From Candidatus Bathyarchaeota archaeon (lineage in GTDB: Archaea > Thermoproteota > Bathyarchaeia > Bathyarchaeales > Bathycorpusculaceae), in assembly GCA_963775465.1 (NCBI GenBank), contig CAVZIW010000003.1:224001-288000 (forward strand): a DNA stretch of 64,000 bases, in the 5' to 3' direction. Position 1 is the stretch's first letter, and each line of letters begins with the position of its first letter. The position numbers were made by a program, and so were the translations under genes. Shown piece after piece: positions 59,473 to 64,000 of the stretch. The notes below the pieces were generated by a model. That model was not told the DNA's origin. It saw nothing but the letters and a program-made list of their open reading frames with translations, and searched no databases.

Positions 59473-61260
59473 TTAAAGCGATCCAGCCCAGAACGGAATC
59501 TTTTTTCTCATTAACGTAATGTATTCTCTAAGAACCTCCTGCTCCTCTGACGTCAAGTCATCCAAGTGAGCTGACAACAACAATTTTGCGTCGGCTTCAG
59601 GAACCTTAACAAACAGCACATCTCGTTCGAAAACGTGTCTTCCTGCGATTGGTTTATCCATCGAAACAGCAACTTGCATTCCGACTTTAGCCTCCCCAAT
59701 AGCTTTACCTTTGTCCTGAATCTGTTGTACCTCGCCCAAATCTGAACCATCTTCAATTCGCAATAGTGAAACTTTGGGTTTTATTCTGCCCCCGAGGATT
59801 TCCACGCCAAAAACTGCTGGTTTGGCACGACGGAAAATACAGTTAGGCAACACAGTGATTTTTCCGGGTTTAACCAACGCTTCAAATTCCTTCTCACTTT
59901 TGGCTTCACGCTTTTCCTTAACCCATTCCATGTAGTTGTCGATTAGGTTGTAGATTATGGGGTCACGGAAAATTTTAACGCCGTTGGCTTCAGCTTCGAT
60001 TTCAGCATCAGGCAAAATTTTGACCCCAAACGCCAATACCGCACCAACGAGTGGTTCATGAACTTTCACAACTGAAGCCTCAATGACATCGCGTTTGCTA
60101 ATGTCACCTATATCAGCGATTCGAACTTGCACGTTGTTTGCTTTAAGAATTTCAGCCATAGCTTCCAAAGAGCCTAATGTGTCCGCTTTGACGATCACGC
60201 CGTCGATTTGTTTGGCAATTCGAATTCTGCCAACTTCCTCGGTAATAAGTTTACAATACTTGGTTACGTCTTCACCTGGGGGAACTGCGAGAAATGGGGC
60301 GCCGGCTAAGGCGGTTTCTAATCCTGGAGCAACAACTTTGACCCCTGCAGACGCATAAACGCAGTCGACACTTGTGAATTTATCCCGTGGATCTCGCATC
60401 TCATCAAGTGGTTTTGGAACCAAAATGGTTCGGACACGCGCTGAGATTGGGCCATCTTTTCCGCCGACAACCACTAAATCATCTCTATGCAAGGTGCCGT
60501 CGTATATTATTGTGTTTAATGTTATTCCTAAGCCTGGTTCTTCTTTAACTTCCAATATTGCGCCCTTCGCCGAGCCTTCAGTTGTTTGTAAACGTTTTTT
60601 TAGGAACTGTTGGGTTAACCCTACTAAAACCATGACTAGTTCAGCTAATCCTTCGCCTGTTTTTGCGCTTGTAGGCACTAAGGCTATGTTGATTGTGAAG
60701 TCGCGGATGTGGTCGAAGCGGTCGGTTTTAAAACCCAGTCGACTGAAATCGCCCATGACTTGATAGAGGCGGTTGTCTAATGCTTCACGAACAAAACTTG
60801 ATTGTGCATTGTAAGATTGCATGAATTGGGTGGATTGTTGTTTTTTCCAGCCTGGTACGCGGTCGATTTTGTTAACTGCCACGATGAAGGGAGTTTTGCG
60901 GGCTTTTAGGATTTCGATGCATTCGAAGGTTTGTGCTTCAAAACCCTTCAGTGCATCGACTACGAGGATGGCAATGTCTGCTACGCTTCCGCCTCTGCGT
61001 CTGAGGTTTGTGAAGGCTTCATGTCCAGGTGTATCTACAATTAGTAAGCCGGGGATTTCGATGCCTGTCTTGAAGTTGCTCATGTATGGTCCGATTAGTT
61101 GTTTTAGGGTTTCTACAGGGAAGTAGCTGGCGCCGATGTGCTGTGTCATTCCTCCTGCTTCGCGTGCTTGAACGGTGGTTTTTCGAAGTTCATCAAGAAG
61201 CGAAGTTTTTCCTGAGTCAACGTGTCCTAAAACGCAGACGATCGGTTGGCGAATTGGCAT
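59473..61260 (-). CDS. infB: Translation initiation factor aIF5B (IF-2)
   Basis: IRQPIVCVLGHVDSGKT, DTPGHEAF, NKID, KADTLGSLEA. Confidence 0.98.
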   Translation of the reverse strand: MPIRQPIVCVLGHVDSGKTSLLDELRKTTVQAREAGGMTQHIGASYFPVETLKQLIGPYMSNFKTGIEIPGLLIVDTPGHEAFTNLRRRGGSVADIAILVVDALKGFEAQTFECIEILKARKTPFIVAVNKIDRVPGWKKQQSTQFMQSYNAQSSFVREALDNRLYQVMGDFSRLGFKTDRFDHIRDFTINIALVPTSAKTGEGLAELVMVLVGLTQQFLKKRLQTTEGSAKGAILEVKEEPGLGITLNTIIYDGTLHRDDLVVVGGKDGPISARVRTILVPKPLDEMRDPRDKFTSVDCVYASAGVKVVAPGLETALAGAPFLAVPPGEDVTKYCKLITEEVGRIRIAKQIDGVIVKADTLGSLEAMAEILKANNVQVRIADIGDISKRDVIEASVVKVHEPLVGAVLAFGVKILPDAEIEAEANGVKIFRDPIIYNLIDNYMEWVKEKREAKSEKEFEALVKPGKITVLPNCIFRRAKPAVFGVEILGGRIKPKVSLLRIEDGSDLGEVQQIQDKGKAIGEAKVGMQVAVSMDKPIAGRHVFERDVLFVKVPEADAKLLLSAHLDDLTSEEQEVLREYITLMRKKIPFWAGSL

Positions 61261-61366
61261 GTATTTGATCTCCTTTCATTAAAATTATGTATCTTACTGA
61301 TTAACTGTTTGTTTCATAAACTTGTTTAACTGGGTGAAAAGAGATAGTTTAGATCTCGTTTGCGAA

Positions 61367-61570
61367 CTATTGTGGTGGTTTTACGATGAGCAGAAACACA
61401 CCTAAAGCCAATAAGATTACGCTAAGGAAACCGAAGAACGCGCTAAAATCACCTAAATTGTCGGTGCTTGTTGCCGTTAAGTAAATCATAATTCCACCAA
61501 TTACTATGAGTAGAAACCCAAGGAATCTTTCAGCTAGTGAAACCCAGAATGTATCGCCTTCATCGCTCAT
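61367..61570 (-). CDS. Small two-TM membrane protein
   Basis: Two hydrophobic helices; AGGAAG upstream. Confidence 0.7.
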   Translation of the reverse strand: MSDEGDTFWVSLAERFLGFLLIVIGGIMIYLTATSTDNLGDFSAFFGFLSVILLALGVFLLIVKPPQ

Positions 61571-61690
61571 GACTATTTTCTTCCTTTGCGTGTTTTGTTA
61601 TGTGTTTCTTTGATATAAACTAGAAGAGTTATTTTAAATTTTGCTGTGACAATGAAGTTGAAACTGTGGGGAAAATCTGTTTGCGCAGTA

Positions 61691-61858
61691 TTATGGAATT
61701 ACCGTTTTGTTGTCACGAAGTGCTAGCCAACGTTTAAACTCTAGCCCAGTGCATTTGCCTTTCCCTAGCCAGTTGTCACCATATTTCTTTTTCAGCTTTT
61801 CATTGTAAGTCTCAAAAGTTTCTGCTTCACTTACTTCTACGCTTTCTTTTTTCTTCAC
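61691..61858 (-). CDS. Possible 55-aa charged microprotein
   Basis: Manual translation from GTG: MKKKESVEVSEAETFETYNEKLKKKYGDNWLGKGKCTGLEFKRWLALRDNKTVIP*. Confidence 0.45.
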   Translation of the reverse strand: MKKKESVEVSEAETFETYNEKLKKKYGDNWLGKGKCTGLEFKRWLALRDNKTVIP

Positions 61859-62000
61859 TCGCAAGGTACTTCAATTTGATCATATGTATGTTTTCCCTTA
61901 AAAGTTAAGTCTAATGTCAACTTTAGGAAGTGAATTTTGGCTTTCAAAACAATGTTTTTATTCAAAACAATCTATAGCTAAACTTCTAGGTGAAAAATAA

Positions 62001-62942
62001 ATGGGTAAAGGTTCAGGGTATGGAAAAGTTATCTTGTTCGGAGAGCATTTTGTAGTTCACGGCGTGCCAGGTATCGTTTCAGCTATTGATTCTTCGACTG
62101 ATGCAGAAGTCAAGAAAGCAGCCAAAGGATTAAACGTTAAAGACGAGCGGAAAACCGCAAAAGGCTATGGTGAAGAAAAACGTTTGCAGCAAATCGAATC
62201 GATAGAACGCATGTTGAAAGCTATGGATTTAGACCCTCAAACTCCGTTGGATATTTGGATTGGTGGTACATTACCCGGCTTTAGTGGTTTGGGTGCATCA
62301 GCTGCAAGCAGTGTCGCTATCGCACGGGCAATCAACGAAGAACTTAACCTTAACCTTTCAAACGAAAGGATCAATGCTATTGCATATGAAGGTGAAAAAG
62401 CCTATGCAGGTAACCCGTCAGGTATCGACAACACTGCCGCAACCTATGGCGGTTTGATGTGGTTTAAGAAAAATCCTGCAGGTGGCTCGGACCTTGTTGA
62501 GAAGATCCACGTACGTAAACCCGTTGAAATAGTGATAGGTAGCACGGGAAAGGTAGCTAACACGAAAGCTATGGTGGAAGGCGTCGCAGACCGTAAAAAG
62601 AAAGACCCCCAAAAATATGATCCCCTATTCAAACAGGCAGAAAGTTTAGCCATCGCAGGACGCAAAGCACTTGAAGCCGGCGATCTCAAAAAAGTGGGCG
62701 ACCTCATGAATGAGAACCACCGCATTCTCCAAGAAATCGGCGTCTCCAGCAAAGAACTTGACCTACTCGTAGATATGGCTCGTAGGCAGGGGGCGTTCGG
62801 AGCAAAATTGACGGGTGGCGGAGGCGGAGGCTGCATGCTCGCGTTGACTCCAGGCAAAGAAGCTCAGGGCAAAGTAGCGTCTGCATTCAAAACAGCAGGC
62901 TACGAGTTCTTAGCCACAAAAATAGGTGTAGTCACCTATTGA
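62001..62942 (+). CDS. mvk: Mevalonate kinase (GHMP family)
   Basis: GKVILFGEHFVVHG, SGLGASAA, PSGIDN, GAKLTGGGGGG. Confidence 0.93.
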   Translation: MGKGSGYGKVILFGEHFVVHGVPGIVSAIDSSTDAEVKKAAKGLNVKDERKTAKGYGEEKRLQQIESIERMLKAMDLDPQTPLDIWIGGTLPGFSGLGASAASSVAIARAINEELNLNLSNERINAIAYEGEKAYAGNPSGIDNTAATYGGLMWFKKNPAGGSDLVEKIHVRKPVEIVIGSTGKVANTKAMVEGVADRKKKDPQKYDPLFKQAESLAIAGRKALEAGDLKKVGDLMNENHRILQEIGVSSKELDLLVDMARRQGAFGAKLTGGGGGGCMLALTPGKEAQGKVASAFKTAGYEFLATKIGVVTY

Positions 62943-63386
62943 TAATTTCAGGTTTTTAACCCTGTTCTTTTTTTGATATTGCATCAAATGAATAATTTCA
63001 ATAAATATTACAATAGCCCCGATTCTCATACGCGGATTTAGCGCGTTTGAACTTTCACCCTTTGCTTTCCGTGAGGTTTGGACTCATGCTGTTTTGGGGA
63101 CGTTAGCAGAGGTCATAGGTATTGATAGTTGTCGCGTAGTTAAAGAAAGGTCTTCAAAAATGTCTTGTGCACTGCGGGAAGAAATGCATAAGGACCATTT
63201 TGTCATCTGGGTAATGCCGATAGAAAATCAATCATTTGCCCATATTTTCGAGCTACTGTAAAACCTCCTTTTTTCTTTACAGTTCTATAGCGATAAAAGG
63301 TCTTTTTGATCTCAACTAAAGACTAATATATAGTTTCATATTCAACTTATTCAATATTGTAACAGGTTTATTTTGAGGTAATATTC

Positions 63387-64000
63387 TTGGAGCATAGACT
63401 TGGTTCTCATGCTGTAAAAATCGCAATTGTAGGTGTTGGGTCTGTTGGAGCATCTTTTGCCTACTCTTTAATGATTCGTGGATTTGCATCAGAAATTATC
63501 CTGATTGATCGTGACAAGAAAAAAGCTCAAGGAGAAGCCATGGACCTTGAACACGGTCTGCCTTTTGTGTTACCCGTGAAAATTTCAGCGGGGGAATATT
63601 CAGACTGTGCAGGTGCAGATATTGTGGTGCTCACTGCTGGTTCAGCTCAGAAGCCAGGAGAATCAAGACTAAACCTTGTAGATAGGAACGTCTCTATTTT
63701 CAAACAGATAATTCCTGAAATAACGAAGTTCAACAAGAACTGTATTCTTCTGGTTGCTACTAACCCAGTTGATGTAATGACCTTTGCCGCTCTAAAACTA
63801 TCCAAATTTCCAACAAACAGAGTTATTGGTTCGGGCACAGTACTAGATACCTCACGGCTCCGATCGCTATTGGGTGACCATTTTAAGATCGATTCAAGAA
63901 ACGTTCACGCATACATAATAGGTGAGCACGGCGATAGCGAAGTGCCAGTTTGGAGTTCCGCTAACATAGCAGGGGTAAAACTAAAAGAGTACTGCCCAAT
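63387..64000 (+). CDS. ldh: NAD-dependent L-lactate dehydrogenase (runs off window edge)
   Basis: Manual translation: KIAIVGVGSVG, GEAMDL, AGSAQKPGESRL, ATNPVD, GSGTVLDTSR, IGEHGDSE. Confidence 0.9.
   Translation, partial: MEHRLGSHAVKIAIVGVGSVGASFAYSLMIRGFASEIILIDRDKKKAQGEAMDLEHGLPFVLPVKISAGEYSDCAGADIVVLTAGSAQKPGESRLNLVDRNVSIFKQIIPEITKFNKNCILLVATNPVDVMTFAALKLSKFPTNRVIGSGTVLDTSRLRSLLGDHFKIDSRNVHAYIIGEHGDSEVPVWSSANIAGVKLKEYCP

Noticed and set aside
62990-63261. Open plus-strand frame of about 90 codons between mvk and ldh
   Set aside because: No early start codon, RBS or motif; cannot be supported as a gene or ncRNA.
1816-63838. Many short ORFs antisense to or nested in recognised genes (e.g. 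7156-7674, 26914-27405, 31336-31884, 49852-50382)
   Set aside because: Shadow frames of well-supported genes with no motifs of their own.
1-64000. CRISPR arrays, IS elements, integrases, rRNA genes, inteins
   Set aside because: No repeat-spacer periodicity, transposase or recombinase motifs, or rRNA-like sequence seen. PolB and aIF5B have ordinary lengths.

Overview
Archaeal chromosomal window, most likely Bathyarchaeia (TACK). The taxon is inferred from a B1-type PolB, STT3-like AglB, the exosome/proteasome cluster, 4Fe-4S RpoD and frequent TTG/GTG starts. It is mostly housekeeping: topA (partial), N-glycosylation (aglB, aglH-like), two moeA, an m5C methyltransferase, polB, endonuclease IV, an ECF module, prefoldin beta, sua5, two thermosome subunits, thyA, cobamide nucleotide-loop genes (cobT/S/Y/Z), psmA-SBDS-rrp4/41/42-rpl37ae-pcc1, rps13-rps4-rps11-rpoD-rpl18e-rpl13-rps9-rpoN, a split glutamate synthase operon, tRNA-Glu(CUC), cgi121, aIF5B, mevalonate kinase and a partial L-LDH. 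I saw no transposase, integrase, CRISPR array or rRNA. The best candidate for an undescribed system is 56.6-59.4 kb: a winged-helix regulator, a type IV pilin, a coiled-coil protein, a Roadblock protein with an acidic tandem repeat and a barrel-like C-terminus, and a second Roadblock protein, with no GTPase in the module. Other leads: a PAC4-like proteasome chaperone, a DUF488 protein with a PIP box, a deacetylase/ATP-grasp/HAD operon, a structured glutamate-synthase leader, a trypanosomatid-like mevalonate kinase, a Gln-type LDH, and three sites with C where T is expected (tRNA C55, CTG start of rps11, ACG start of cobY). Two single-base frameshifts (thermosome, pilin) may be sequencing errors. 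All family calls come from motif recognition by eye; no searches were run.
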